From positions 1-64,000 of the forward strand of contig JAEOTM010000066.1 in assembly GCA_016839815.1 (NCBI GenBank): a DNA stretch of 64,000 bases, written 5' to 3'. Positions within the stretch are counted from its first letter, which is position 1. Each line of letters opens with the position of its first letter. The notes under the pieces are model-generated. The model was not told the DNA's origin, searched no databases, and saw only the letters and a list, made by a program, of their open reading frames with translations. The stretch comes from Candidatus Hodarchaeota archaeon. Its GTDB lineage: Archaea; Asgardarchaeota; Heimdallarchaeia; Hodarchaeales; Hodarchaeaceae. Positions 49,363 through 59,494 of the stretch are shown one piece after another. Made by a program: the position numbers and the translations under genes.

Positions 49363-50361
49363 CTAATTTTTTGCAGCAGTGCTGATATAAGTAATTTGTA
49401 AGTCCTCTATATCAACAGGTTTTGGTCTTATTGGATCTCTAATGCGAATTAGTCTTTTTGCAGGACCAGGAACACTTCCACGGACTAAACAATGACGGCT
49501 TACTCTCCCATACCGTTTGAATCCATTTGAAGGCGTAACTTCTTCACCATCTTCTCCAATTTTTAATATCTGTTTATTAAATTCAGTTCTGGTAAAATTA
49601 CCTAATTGCCCAGCTCTAGGCACAGTCCACATAACTCTAGCAGGGTGCCATGGGCCTATACATCCAACAACACGTCTTCCTTTTCGAGTTTTTCTTGGTA
49701 AGATTTTTATCCCATGTCTCTTAACAGGTCCAGCAAATCCCTTCCCTTTTGTAGTTGCATTCACATCTACAAAATCACTTGCCTTGTACACATCATCTAA
49801 TGAAATTTTCTTATCTAAAATTTCCGTTGCATAGTTGAACGCCTCAGAGATGGTGCCTCCAACCTTAATTTCTAGTATATCAGGTTTTTTCTGGGATAAA
49901 CCAGCCTGTCTTGGTAGAGTGTGTGCGATAACTCTCACAGCTGTGACTTCATTTAGAGAATCCTTTTCCAGTTTTATTGCCTGTTTTAAGTTTAATTTCC
50001 CTTTAGGTACTTGTAATCGTAATCCAAGATCCTTTTCAAGTTTTTCACCCCAAATTTGGGTTTTTACTTGTTCTTGGTTTGTTACGGGATCTCTTCTATA
50101 TGTTCTAACGCCAAATATCACAATAGGAGGTGTTTCAATCACAGTTACTGGTACAAATTGCTCCTGTTTATAGTATGGGGATCGTCGATCAGTATTAATC
50201 AAAGCAATATGTGTCATTCCGGCCTTGTAACCGGCAAAACCTAATAATCTTGACTCAGCCGACGATGTCCAAGTCCTTATCCGAGATGTATGACGAGATG
50301 CTTTCTTTCGTCGGTATCCTAGAGATCCTCTATGTGGTGCATGTTTTTTTCTGTGACCCAA
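49363..50361 (-). CDS. rpl3: 50S ribosomal protein L3
   Basis: GYKAGMTH, TKGKGF.GPVKR, GCIGPWHP, GSVPGP. Confidence 0.97.
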   Translation of the reverse strand: MGHRKKHAPHRGSLGYRRKKASRHTSRIRTWTSSAESRLLGFAGYKAGMTHIALINTDRRSPYYKQEQFVPVTVIETPPIVIFGVRTYRRDPVTNQEQVKTQIWGEKLEKDLGLRLQVPKGKLNLKQAIKLEKDSLNEVTAVRVIAHTLPRQAGLSQKKPDILEIKVGGTISEAFNYATEILDKKISLDDVYKASDFVDVNATTKGKGFAGPVKRHGIKILPRKTRKGRRVVGCIGPWHPARVMWTVPRAGQLGNFTRTEFNKQILKIGEDGEEVTPSNGFKRYGRVSRHCLVRGSVPGPAKRLIRIRDPIRPKPVDIEDLQITYISTAAKN

Positions 50362-50801
50362 TGTTTACGCTCTCCTATCTCTAAACTTATTTGAATTTTC
50401 TTCTATTGAGAACCGTATATCTTTGTAGAATCTTATACACGTCTACCTCTTGCTTTTTCGTCAGGGTTTTTTTGTTTTTGTTTTTATCTAGAGTGGTTTA
50501 CTGCATTTCTCGTAAGGATTTAGCAGGAAAAAATCAATAAGAAGTTGAATCATCAGTAAAAAGACAAAACACTACTAAAAAACGCATTTTTGATTTTGGG
50601 ATCCCGATATTCAATTGGAATCACCTTTTTTTTCTAACAAAAAATTAAGATCCTTAGATCTTTAATCCTCTGGTTGTATTTATTTTAAAAAATAATTCCC
50701 ATACTGTATCAAATGAGCAGAAATTATGATTAGATAATAAAATATGCTTGAATTTTACGTTCTAAATCAATAACTCAAAAAAAAAATCGGAATTAACAAA
50801 A

Positions 50802-51437
50802 TTGAATACCGAATCATCATCCAAAGACGAAACACCTCCCTCCTTATCTTTTGATATGAAAAAACCTCATTTATCTATTGAAAAACCATTTGCTTCTGAT
50901 ATCTTTGAAAATGGGTATTTTGGTAGATGGATATCGGAGAATACTCTTAGTTTAGAGCCTGAAGAAATTCTACTTCTCCTTGATAGAGGCAGGATTATTT
51001 TAGAATTGACAAATACTGGTAAAAGAATTGAGTCAGAAGAATTGGTCGTTCATTTTACATCGCTTAATCCAAATTTCTGGAGTCGATATTTAGTGTATAA
51101 AGATTTACGCAATCGAGGATATGTAGTTAGCATTGGAACACGAATAACAGCTCCATTTAGAATATACTCAAGAGGAGGAAAACCTGGAGAATCTGTTAGT
51201 AAGACGGTTATTTATCCGATCCCTGAAGGTGAAGATATTGATCTGAATCTTCTTGATCAGATTGTAAAACAATCAAAAATTGATAGAAAAACCTTATTAT
51301 TATCAGTTATTGATAGATTAGGAGATGTGACATACTACCAAGCTTCACAGTTGGAACTTGAATTCAACAATCTAGATTATGAGTTTAGAGACGAAATTTC
51401 TCCCTCTAATCTTATCGAGGAAGAGGAGGAAACATAA
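50802..51437 (+). CDS. tRNA-splicing endonuclease, probable structural (non-catalytic) subunit
   Basis: LEPEE, YLVYKDLRNRGY, D..GDVTYY; lacks the catalytic His. Confidence 0.8.
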   Translation: MNTESSSKDETPPSLSFDMKKPHLSIEKPFASDIFENGYFGRWISENTLSLEPEEILLLLDRGRIILELTNTGKRIESEELVVHFTSLNPNFWSRYLVYKDLRNRGYVVSIGTRITAPFRIYSRGGKPGESVSKTVIYPIPEGEDIDLNLLDQIVKQSKIDRKTLLLSVIDRLGDVTYYQASQLELEFNNLDYEFRDEISPSNLIEEEEET

Positions 51438-53308
51438 TGGAGAAAAGATTCAGTTTTGATACGGAGGATAATCAATTTATCCCAGATACTTCTGTGGTAA
51501 TTAATGGAGGATTAACTATTCTAATTCAAAATGATGAGGTGCAACCTGGTTCTACTCTAACCATTCCTATCGCACTTCTCGCTGAACTAGAAAATCAAGC
51601 TAATTCAGGCAGAAAAACTGGTACAATCGGTTTACAACAATTAAAATTCATTAAATCTATTTGTGAAGAAAAAGAAATTATTTTTTCTATAGGGGGAAGA
51701 AAACCCCGGCAATTTGAACTGGGGGAAATAGATACATTAATACGTGAACTAGCATGGAAGGAAGGAGGGATTCTCATCACATCTGACAAGATTCAAAATA
51801 TGAGTGCTCAATCTATGGGTGTTCAAACTATATACATTGAACCAAAGCAATTAAAGCAATATGACAAGCAATTGAAGATTGATAAATATTTTGATAGCGA
51901 AACCATGAGTATTCATATTAAACAAGGAACAAACGTGTTTGTAAAAAAAGGGAAACCAGGTGATGTTAGATTCACTCAATTCTCTTCGGAAATTATTACG
52001 AAGGAAATAATTACAGACTATGCGGATGACATTTTAGAGAAGGCGGATTTCTTTCCTGATGCATTTATTGAAATCGAAAGAAAAACTTCTACAATTGTAC
52101 AATACGAGGATAGACGGATCGTTATTACTCGCCCTCCATTCTCAGATGGGTGGGAAATTACTGCTGTTCGTCCTTTAAAAAGAATGGCATTAGAAGAATA
52201 TAGTTTGGAATCCCGACTGATTCAACGTCTTAATGATAAGGCTGAAGGGATTTTAGTGGCTGGAAGTCCAGGTGCGGGAAAAACTACTTTTACACGAGCT
52301 TTAGCGTTATATTATTATGAAATGGGAAAGATCATCAAGACCATTGAATCACCAAGAGATCTCGATTTAAAGGCAGAAATTACCCAATATTCAAAGAATT
52401 TTGGAACACACTCTGAAATTCATGATATTCTTCTATTATCAAGACCAGATTATACTATTTTTGATGAAATCCGAGATCAAGATGATTTTCGCTTGTATAC
52501 CGATTTACGTTTAGCAGGAATCGGATTAATCGGGGTTATTCATTCTAGTACTGCGATAGACGCTATACAAAGGTTTATTGGAAAATTAGATCTGGGATTA
52601 ATTCCAAGTGTCCTTGATACAATATTATATATTGATTCTGGTCAGATACAGACAATTTTAGAAGTAAAAATGACTGTAAAAGTTCCTTCAGGGTTAGTTG
52701 AGAGTGATCTCGCCCGACCAGTTGTTGAAGTGCGAGATTTCTTATCTGGCAATGTTGTATATGAAATGTACACTTTTGGAGAGCAAACTGTTGTGATACC
52801 CTTAGAGGATCCCAATTACAGTGGGAAGGAAATTAATTCCGAGCGAATAGCAGAGATAAAAGGTGTAGTAGAACAATACACAAATCAATCGGTTGAAATC
52901 GTCCCTAAAGATAGATATGGCCACCGTTATGTAATACATGCCCATGAAGAAGACATCCCCGTCGTGATTGGACAGAAAGGAATCACGATTAAAATGCTAG
53001 AACGGGTATTAAATGTAAAGCTTGATGTAAATAAATCACCTACAGCATTGAATGACTCGGGAATAGGTTACCTCAAACGTAAAAATGTATTATTTCATAA
53101 ACGAACAATTACGATTGGATTCCCTAAACGTTTCAAAAATAGAGAGATTAGTTTTTTTATCCGAGAATCAGATGGATCCCCTCCTGTTGAGTTTTTTAAT
53201 GCCACAACATCTAAATCAGGAAAAATTAAAATTGCTACCAACAGTGAAATTGGAAATATCTTTCAAAGGGTATATAGAGATGAGGAGGGGGCAATCTTCT
53301 GGAAATAG
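51437..53308 (+). CDS. PINA-type ATPase (PIN + VirB11-like ATPase + KH)
   Basis: PDTSVVI PIN, GSPGAGKTT, RPDYTIFDE, GVIH, VIGQKG KH. Confidence 0.9.
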   Translation: MEKRFSFDTEDNQFIPDTSVVINGGLTILIQNDEVQPGSTLTIPIALLAELENQANSGRKTGTIGLQQLKFIKSICEEKEIIFSIGGRKPRQFELGEIDTLIRELAWKEGGILITSDKIQNMSAQSMGVQTIYIEPKQLKQYDKQLKIDKYFDSETMSIHIKQGTNVFVKKGKPGDVRFTQFSSEIITKEIITDYADDILEKADFFPDAFIEIERKTSTIVQYEDRRIVITRPPFSDGWEITAVRPLKRMALEEYSLESRLIQRLNDKAEGILVAGSPGAGKTTFTRALALYYYEMGKIIKTIESPRDLDLKAEITQYSKNFGTHSEIHDILLLSRPDYTIFDEIRDQDDFRLYTDLRLAGIGLIGVIHSSTAIDAIQRFIGKLDLGLIPSVLDTILYIDSGQIQTILEVKMTVKVPSGLVESDLARPVVEVRDFLSGNVVYEMYTFGEQTVVIPLEDPNYSGKEINSERIAEIKGVVEQYTNQSVEIVPKDRYGHRYVIHAHEEDIPVVIGQKGITIKMLERVLNVKLDVNKSPTALNDSGIGYLKRKNVLFHKRTITIGFPKRFKNREISFFIRESDGSPPVEFFNATTSKSGKIKIATNSEIGNIFQRVYRDEEGAIFWK

Positions 53309-53375
53309 TGGTTAAATAATTCTCGTTAACTCTACATAAAAAAGTGAGGTTACTCTCTCTCCCTTGATTCAGCTC

Positions 53376-55061
53376 TTATTCTTCTTTGAAGATTTCTCTT
53401 AGACGACGTAACTCTTTGAGCATTTCCCCTCGTAACTCTGCGATGCTTGTTGATCGTGCATCGGCAATTAAGTCTAGTGGGGAATCACCTGATTGACCTG
53501 AAGGTATCACAGGTTCAGGTACAGCTACTGGAGAAGGAGTGGGAGGAACAGGACTTGCAGTCGGCATCGGAGGCGCTACAGGAGGGCTAGATGGTGGTGG
53601 AGGAGGTGATGATGGCAAACCGACTGGTTTTGACTCAATGGGTGAAGCTTTCGGAGTTGGTTTCACGGTGGGAGTTTCACCCAAAACAGAATCAAAAAGT
53701 GCCCCCACTTTATCCGCACCTGGAGAACTTGGTTTAGCTTTTCTAAGACTACCAATTTTTGTCTTATACGATTTAATTCGGCCTTCATAATGTTTTACTA
53801 GAGATTCATAAACACGAGGTCGAAATTTGTCATCTCTTACAGCCTCTTTAAACTGGTTTATCAGACTAGATTCATTTTGGCTTAAAATCTCCAAATAAGT
53901 GACCATTTCCGTGGGAGTAGTTTTAAGATCAAGAAAAGAATCGGTGGAAACATCTGCTGTCTGGAAATCCCCACTAACATCTTCCGTTTCGAAATACAAC
54001 ACCGAGGTTATGAAAATCACTGCTAGAAACGAGAAAACTGCTCCAAACATGTACATTATATCCCAAGAATAGCCCATGAATGTGTAATTCAAATTTTCTA
54101 GATTCAATAAGTCTTGTACTTCAGTAGAAGAGGCAAAAACTAGTATAAATGAAGTTAAAACCATTAGAAATCCTATCAGCAATATAAAGATCCAGATTAC
54201 TTTTAGTTTGTCTAAAACACCACTAAATTTTCTCGAACTTGAGAGAAAGGCTGCAGCTGAAAATATCAGTAAACTTCCAAAAGAATAAATTACCTGCCAT
54301 TCTGTATCTAGGAGGAAATTAGCTTCAAGAACCTCAATACTTATTAAAAGTGATATCAGCGCAAATACGATTCCGATAATAACTGCAATTAGCCATAGGA
54401 TTCTGGTACTATCAAGAAAACCGCGGAAACCGTGACTCGCTGACATTAGAAGGGGGAAAATTCCTAAAATGAGAAATATCCCTCCACCAAAGAACAGCAC
54501 ATCCCAAGCAGTACCCCCGACTAGAGGAATTGTTTCGATTAGATCATCGATATAATGTCCATAAACTAGCATAGAAAGGATTTCTAACACAATCCCCACT
54601 AATATAAGGATAAAATACACAAATTTGAGATTCCACAATCGTTCACGATCTCTAACCCCAAATAATATTGGTAAAAAGCTTACACAGAATACAATAGCAG
54701 AAAGTGTGAAGAAATCAAACCATGATGAAGCTTCTGTGTCAATCGAAGTGATAAAACCACCATAAACTAATAATGAATATGTTATACCTAAAAGACTGAT
54801 ACTGAATAAGAGTACTAAATGAGGATAAATTTTCTTAACACTTGATTTTCCTCTGGCATCCATTACTGACAAAGAAGGTAGGGCTGTTATGATTGTCAAG
54901 TAAAAGCCGAAAACAAATAAGATTTTGTAATCTAATCCCAAGAACAACCTATCTGCTGAAGCTACGCCAGAATAGTAGAGAAAACCTAGTACAATGCTAA
55001 AAATGCCAATTGCTGTTAAAGTAAGAAGTCCTCTTGAAGTTTTTACGAATGTTTCTCTCAA
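53376..55061 (-). CDS. multi-pass membrane protein with helical hairpin, polyproline tract and C-terminal helix
   Basis: About 10 TMs in aa 1-355, then coiled coil, SSPPPPPSSPPVAPPMP, terminal SIAELRGEMLKELRRLREIFKEE. Confidence 0.75.
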   Translation of the reverse strand: MRETFVKTSRGLLTLTAIGIFSIVLGFLYYSGVASADRLFLGLDYKILFVFGFYLTIITALPSLSVMDARGKSSVKKIYPHLVLLFSISLLGITYSLLVYGGFITSIDTEASSWFDFFTLSAIVFCVSFLPILFGVRDRERLWNLKFVYFILILVGIVLEILSMLVYGHYIDDLIETIPLVGGTAWDVLFFGGGIFLILGIFPLLMSASHGFRGFLDSTRILWLIAVIIGIVFALISLLISIEVLEANFLLDTEWQVIYSFGSLLIFSAAAFLSSSRKFSGVLDKLKVIWIFILLIGFLMVLTSFILVFASSTEVQDLLNLENLNYTFMGYSWDIMYMFGAVFSFLAVIFITSVLYFETEDVSGDFQTADVSTDSFLDLKTTPTEMVTYLEILSQNESSLINQFKEAVRDDKFRPRVYESLVKHYEGRIKSYKTKIGSLRKAKPSSPGADKVGALFDSVLGETPTVKPTPKASPIESKPVGLPSSPPPPPSSPPVAPPMPTASPVPPTPSPVAVPEPVIPSGQSGDSPLDLIADARSTSIAELRGEMLKELRRLREIFKEE

Positions 55062-55576
55062 AAAATAAATCTCCTTTTCACATGTCCAGATAAATCTGTT
55101 TAGGAATAGGTCTAATACCTACTAATATAAGTCTAGTCTTATTTCAAATAATTATGCAATGCCGACAAAAATTGAGTATTCCGAATATGCTCAAATATTA
55201 TTTTTCCTTCGTGAACAAATAAGGTGTTTTTATTCTTTTCTACCCTTGAGTCTAAATTGTCTTTCTGCTCCACCAGAATCTCTGACTTAATTAGTTAAAA
55301 AAAATCTACGATTCAGTAAATTGATTGAACAACGAATTAAACCCAATTAAAAGGTTTTAATCCTAAATACTATCTATCTACTAGATTTTAAAATTTCAGA
55401 CTTTTATTGTACCAAGAAAAGATCAAAAAATAACTGATAAACCCAAGAAAACTGGAGGAGAACGGTATGAGAATGCTGAACAACTCCAAAAAGACTCAAT
55501 AAGAGTCAAAAAAAAGTAATATTATCAATAAAGATATGGAATACTTAGATGGAAAAAATAAAAATCCCTTTACATA

Positions 55577-55693
55577 GCCGGGGTATTCTAGTCCGGCAGG
55601 AAGCATGCCTGGAAATAACGTGTCTAGGATTCATCCTTCAGACCATAAAGCATGTGCTCTCTGAGCTCGAGAGTTCAAATCTCTCCCCCGGCG
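55577..55693 (+). tRNA. tRNA-Ser(GGA) with 34-nt intron (55615-55648)
   Basis: GCCGGGG/CCCCGGC acceptor, CATGC-CTGGAA|intron|A-GCATG, long variable arm, G discriminator. Confidence 0.9.
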
Positions 55694-55996
55694 TTTTATT
55701 CTAATAATTTTATTGGTAATGAATCCATAACATTACAGAAAAGGCGATTAACATCTTTTTTCAGCAAAACTTTCCAAATAAATACACCCTCTAAGAAGAT
55801 AAGTCACTCTTTGTAGTTTTTAATAATTTAATATTAGTGAAAAATTGAATTGTGTCACCGTCCAGCGGGTTCGTAACCATAATATAGGGTAGTCAAACTC
55901 CTTATCAAGCAGAGGAGAATAGCAAAACAGACAACCACGTAAAGTGTTTGATGTTCAAACTATTCATTATTCAATAAGTAGTAGTAGGAATGAACT

Positions 55997-56446
55997 TTGG
56001 AATATAATCACCAATTAAGAATCGCAGGAGCTGATTGTCCAGGAAATTGGCTTGTAGCTCATGCTATAACTAAAATACGAGGAGTAGGTTATCGGCTTGC
56101 TACTCAGATTTGCCAAAAAGCTGAAATTGACCCTGAAATGCGATGTGGATTCTTAACTGAAGATGAAGTTCAACTCATCGAAGACATTATTACAAATTGC
56201 TCTGCATTCGACATCCCCACCTGGATGTTAAACCGTCAGAAAGATATTGTTTCAGGTGAAAACTTTCATATCATAAGCAATGATCTAATTGATACTATTC
56301 GTCTTGATATTGAAAGAGAAAAGAAAACACGATCTTACAGAGGAATTCGGCATTACCTAGGACTCCCTGTTCGGGGACAGAGAACAAAAACCTCTGGCCG
56401 TGGTGGAACTACTATCGGAGTATCGAAGAAAAAAGTAAAGCAATAA
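55997..56446 (+). CDS. rps13: 30S ribosomal protein S13
   Basis: IRGVG, WMLNRQKD, YRGIRH..GLPVRGQRTK. Confidence 0.97.
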   Translation: MEYNHQLRIAGADCPGNWLVAHAITKIRGVGYRLATQICQKAEIDPEMRCGFLTEDEVQLIEDIITNCSAFDIPTWMLNRQKDIVSGENFHIISNDLIDTIRLDIEREKKTRSYRGIRHYLGLPVRGQRTKTSGRGGTTIGVSKKKVKQ

Positions 56447-56447
56447 G

Positions 56448-57014
56448 GTGATAAGCATGGGAGATCCAAGAAAATTAAGGAAAAAACTTGAAGGCCCCCG
56501 CCACCCATTTAATAAAACTCGCATTGAAGAAGAAATGCAATATATGGGACGGTTCGGGCTCAGAAACAAGAAAGAGATCTGGAAAGCACAAACTGTCCTC
56601 AGAAAATATCGATCACGAGCTCGTGCCTCACTTGCTTCATCAGAGGCTCAGAGAGAGATTGAAAGGAATATCTTAGTTAAGAAGCTTTACCGGATGGGTA
56701 TTATGGCAAATGAGGCGGGATTAACTGATGATGTTTTATCTCTAAATGTTGAACAATTCTTAAAACGAAGATTACAGTCTATTGTTCATGAACTTGGTCT
56801 AGCAAATACTCCTTGGCAAGCCCGACAAATGATTTGTCATGGACATATCTCGCTAGAAGGCCGAAAAGTGACTGCACCAAGTTATCATGTGAAACGCGGT
56901 GAAGAAGAACTAATAACATATTCTCCAAGCTCTCCCTACAATGATTCTGCACATCCAGCCTTGAGTGTCCCTACTTCAAGGACTCCTAGTCCTCCCCCAT
57001 CTGAGGAACATTAA
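56448..57014 (+). CDS. rps4: 30S ribosomal protein S4
   Basis: MGDP, GLRNKKEIWK, RRLQSIV, ARQMICHGHI. Confidence 0.97.
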   Translation: MISMGDPRKLRKKLEGPRHPFNKTRIEEEMQYMGRFGLRNKKEIWKAQTVLRKYRSRARASLASSEAQREIERNILVKKLYRMGIMANEAGLTDDVLSLNVEQFLKRRLQSIVHELGLANTPWQARQMICHGHISLEGRKVTAPSYHVKRGEEELITYSPSSPYNDSAHPALSVPTSRTPSPPPSEEH

Positions 57015-57029
57015 TCTATTCAATTTAAG

Positions 57030-57443
57030 TTGGTTATAATAATGTCAAAAGCAAGTAAAAATCCTTCTACTGGAATTGCACATATTTTAAGTTCATATAA
57101 TAACACAATAATTACCTTAACTGATATGACTGGCGCTGAAACCATTGCCAAATCTTCTGGTGGACAAGTAGTTCGTGCAGATCGTAATCAATCATCTCCT
57201 TACGCTGCAATGAAAGTTGGTCACGAAATAGCTAGAGCTGCCAAAGAAAAAGGTATAAGAAAAATAGTTGTGAAGGTTAGAGCCCCTGGCGGTTCTGGAG
57301 CACGAAATCCTGGTCCAGGAGCTCAAGCAGCTATCCGTGCAATTGCACGTTCAGGTTTGCAAATAACTACCATTGAAGAAGTAACTCCCATTCCTCACGA
57401 TAGTACACGACAACGTGGTGGAAGAAGAGGCCGTCGTGTATAG
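57030..57443 (+). CDS. rps11: 30S ribosomal protein S11
   Basis: [34 protein letters not shown]. Confidence 0.97.
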   Translation: MVIIMSKASKNPSTGIAHILSSYNNTIITLTDMTGAETIAKSSGGQVVRADRNQSSPYAAMKVGHEIARAAKEKGIRKIVVKVRAPGGSGARNPGPGAQAAIRAIARSGLQITTIEEVTPIPHDSTRQRGGRRGRRV

Positions 57444-57541
57444 ATCCAAATAAGGCCACGAAGAAAAATTTTGGCTTTAAGTCTCCTAATAAAGTATTAG
57501 GGTTTTCTGTATTGACTTTTGCTATCAAAGTAATTTAGAAG

Positions 57542-58516
57542 TCAGATTTCTTTCCATGAAGAGGGGTATGTTCCTTTTTCCATAAAAACTGCAATAGGTT
57601 TTGCACAAATTCCATTTTTCAACTCTGAGATCTTTTTACTTGTTAAAACACTTCTCCCAAAAGCTACTAATTCTCCTTTCATTGAAAGAATGGCGAGTAA
57701 AGAATTTTTATCAACATTTTTAGTAAATTGAACTACTCCTGGAAGCGTAAGCTGGGCACCATGACATATAGCATCAACTGCTGAATCACGAATGTAAATC
57801 TTAGGTAGATGTACGCAAATAGCTTCAATTGGTTGAATTATCTCCCTTATTTGTGACTCATCTCCCCCTTCATTATAGTAATACCATGCATCAGCTAAAT
57901 CATGTAAAGTCTTACACTTCTTCACATCGAATGGTCCAGTTTGTGTACGTCTTAATTCATGCATATGCGCCCCAGTTCCCAAAATCAATCCAATATCATG
58001 ACAAAGCTTTCGAATGTAAGTTCCTGCTTCGCACTTTATTCTTAATAATGAAAACTGTGAATCTAAATGTTCAATTAATTCAAGTGCATATATTTTTCTA
58101 ACCCGTAATTGTCTTTTAACATTACTTCTTACAGGAGGTGTTTGATAGATTTTCCCACGGAAGATCTGAAGGATGTCTTCTACCTCATTCTGTGATTTAG
58201 CTTCATGAAGTTTCATAATACAGATATATTCTTTTCCTGCAGGCAATAAAACTTGAAGCGATCTAGTAGCGCGACCCAGAGCTATAGGTAAACATCCTGT
58301 GACAGCAGGATCAAGTGTACCCCCATGTCCAGCTCTTTTGATTCCTAAAATTTGTTTAACCCATGCTGTGACTTCATGAGAAGTAGGATTTGCTGGTTTG
58401 TCAAGATTTATAATCCCTAGATTTAAAAGCTCTGAAATACTACGTTTTTCTGGAGATAAACCATAATCAGGATTGGTGTGATAATTTTGTACCTTTACAA
58501 AAAAAGGGGAAGTCAT
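57542..58516 (-). CDS. cbf5: H/ACA pseudouridine synthase Cbf5
   Basis: LDKP..PTSHEV, GHGGTLDP, GTYIRKLC, PUA domain. Confidence 0.96.
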   Translation of the reverse strand: MTSPFFVKVQNYHTNPDYGLSPEKRSISELLNLGIINLDKPANPTSHEVTAWVKQILGIKRAGHGGTLDPAVTGCLPIALGRATRSLQVLLPAGKEYICIMKLHEAKSQNEVEDILQIFRGKIYQTPPVRSNVKRQLRVRKIYALELIEHLDSQFSLLRIKCEAGTYIRKLCHDIGLILGTGAHMHELRRTQTGPFDVKKCKTLHDLADAWYYYNEGGDESQIREIIQPIEAICVHLPKIYIRDSAVDAICHGAQLTLPGVVQFTKNVDKNSLLAILSMKGELVAFGRSVLTSKKISELKNGICAKPIAVFMEKGTYPSSWKEI

Positions 58517-58546
58517 AAAAAGACCCCATATTTAGAAAAAGAGGAT

Positions 58547-58825
58547 TTATACGGTAATTTGTAAAGGTTCTTTAATTTCGTCAAGGAGACCCGCCTTATC
58601 AATCGCCTTTTGTATTGCATCATCATTTGCTCCTCTCTTAATACTTATAACATTATCTAAGGGGCGAATATGCTTTATATTACAGCGACGTCGTTTAACA
58701 GCGGATACACCACCGCCGGAAATCAAAACAAAGTTTGGATCAACTAAATCAACGATCACTGCTTTCATTAACGCCTCGCGTCCGGCGGTCTTTACAATAA
58801 CTCTACCAACTTCAATCGCAGCCAT
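58547..58825 (-). CDS. rpl14e: 50S ribosomal protein L14e
   Basis: IEVGRVIVKTAGREA, VKRRRCNIKH. Confidence 0.95.
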   Translation of the reverse strand: MAAIEVGRVIVKTAGREALMKAVIVDLVDPNFVLISGGGVSAVKRRRCNIKHIRPLDNVISIKRGANDDAIQKAIDKAGLLDEIKEPLQITV

Positions 58826-59365
58826 CTATGTTCATTCCTTTCGTTAGAATATGCATCTTTTGAGATCAAAGCAGAAAATGTACACAAATCTTTGCATGAA
58901 CGGAATAGTGCCTTAATTTCTGCCTAAATTCAAGTATGGCCTTTTTTAAGTATAATTCATATAACTTTCTAACTGACAAAATTGCTAAATACCTCACGTA
59001 GGGTTGAGTCGCATCCCAGAGGATCAAATTCCAATCATAACTGGAAAGAAAGTGATTAGAAATCTTAATATACAAATCACGCGTAATTTTAACTAAAGAG
59101 TTCCTACCATGAAAATTACGATCTCCTATAAACTCAAGAATTAAAAAATGGCGAATTTTTGATGAACAGAGTGAATAGATTCAAGTTTTCTTTTGCATCA
59201 GTAGATAATGTTTAGATCTGTATTCTATTTGATATTTAAGATCCTCTTCAAAGAATTCTTTCCATCTCTATTTCTCATAATCCTAAATGATTATTTATTA
59301 AGAAGGAATGATCTTGTCAGTATTGAGATTCATTTTCATTCCTGAGATGGAAACCAAATTAAAGA

Positions 59366-59473
59366 GCTGCTGTGGCTTAGTTGGTAGAGCGACAGACTCG
59401 TAAGGATTCTCGTATTCCATGATATCTCCGAGTTATCTGTTGGCCGTGGGTTCAAGTCCCACCAGCAGCTCCA
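59366..59473 (+). tRNA. tRNA-Thr(CGT) with 32-nt intron (59403-59434); CCA appears encoded
   Basis: GCTGCTG/CAGCAGC acceptor, ACAGA-CTCGTA|intron|A-TCTGT, canonical BHB core (CTCG/CGAG), U discriminator then CCA. Confidence 0.93.
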
Positions 59474-59494
59474 GTTTCTTATTGTCTATTCAGC

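Noticed and set aside
58866-59075. 69-aa ORF upstream of rpl14e
   Set aside because: No similarity to Cmk, L34e or any family I recognise; probably non-coding leader
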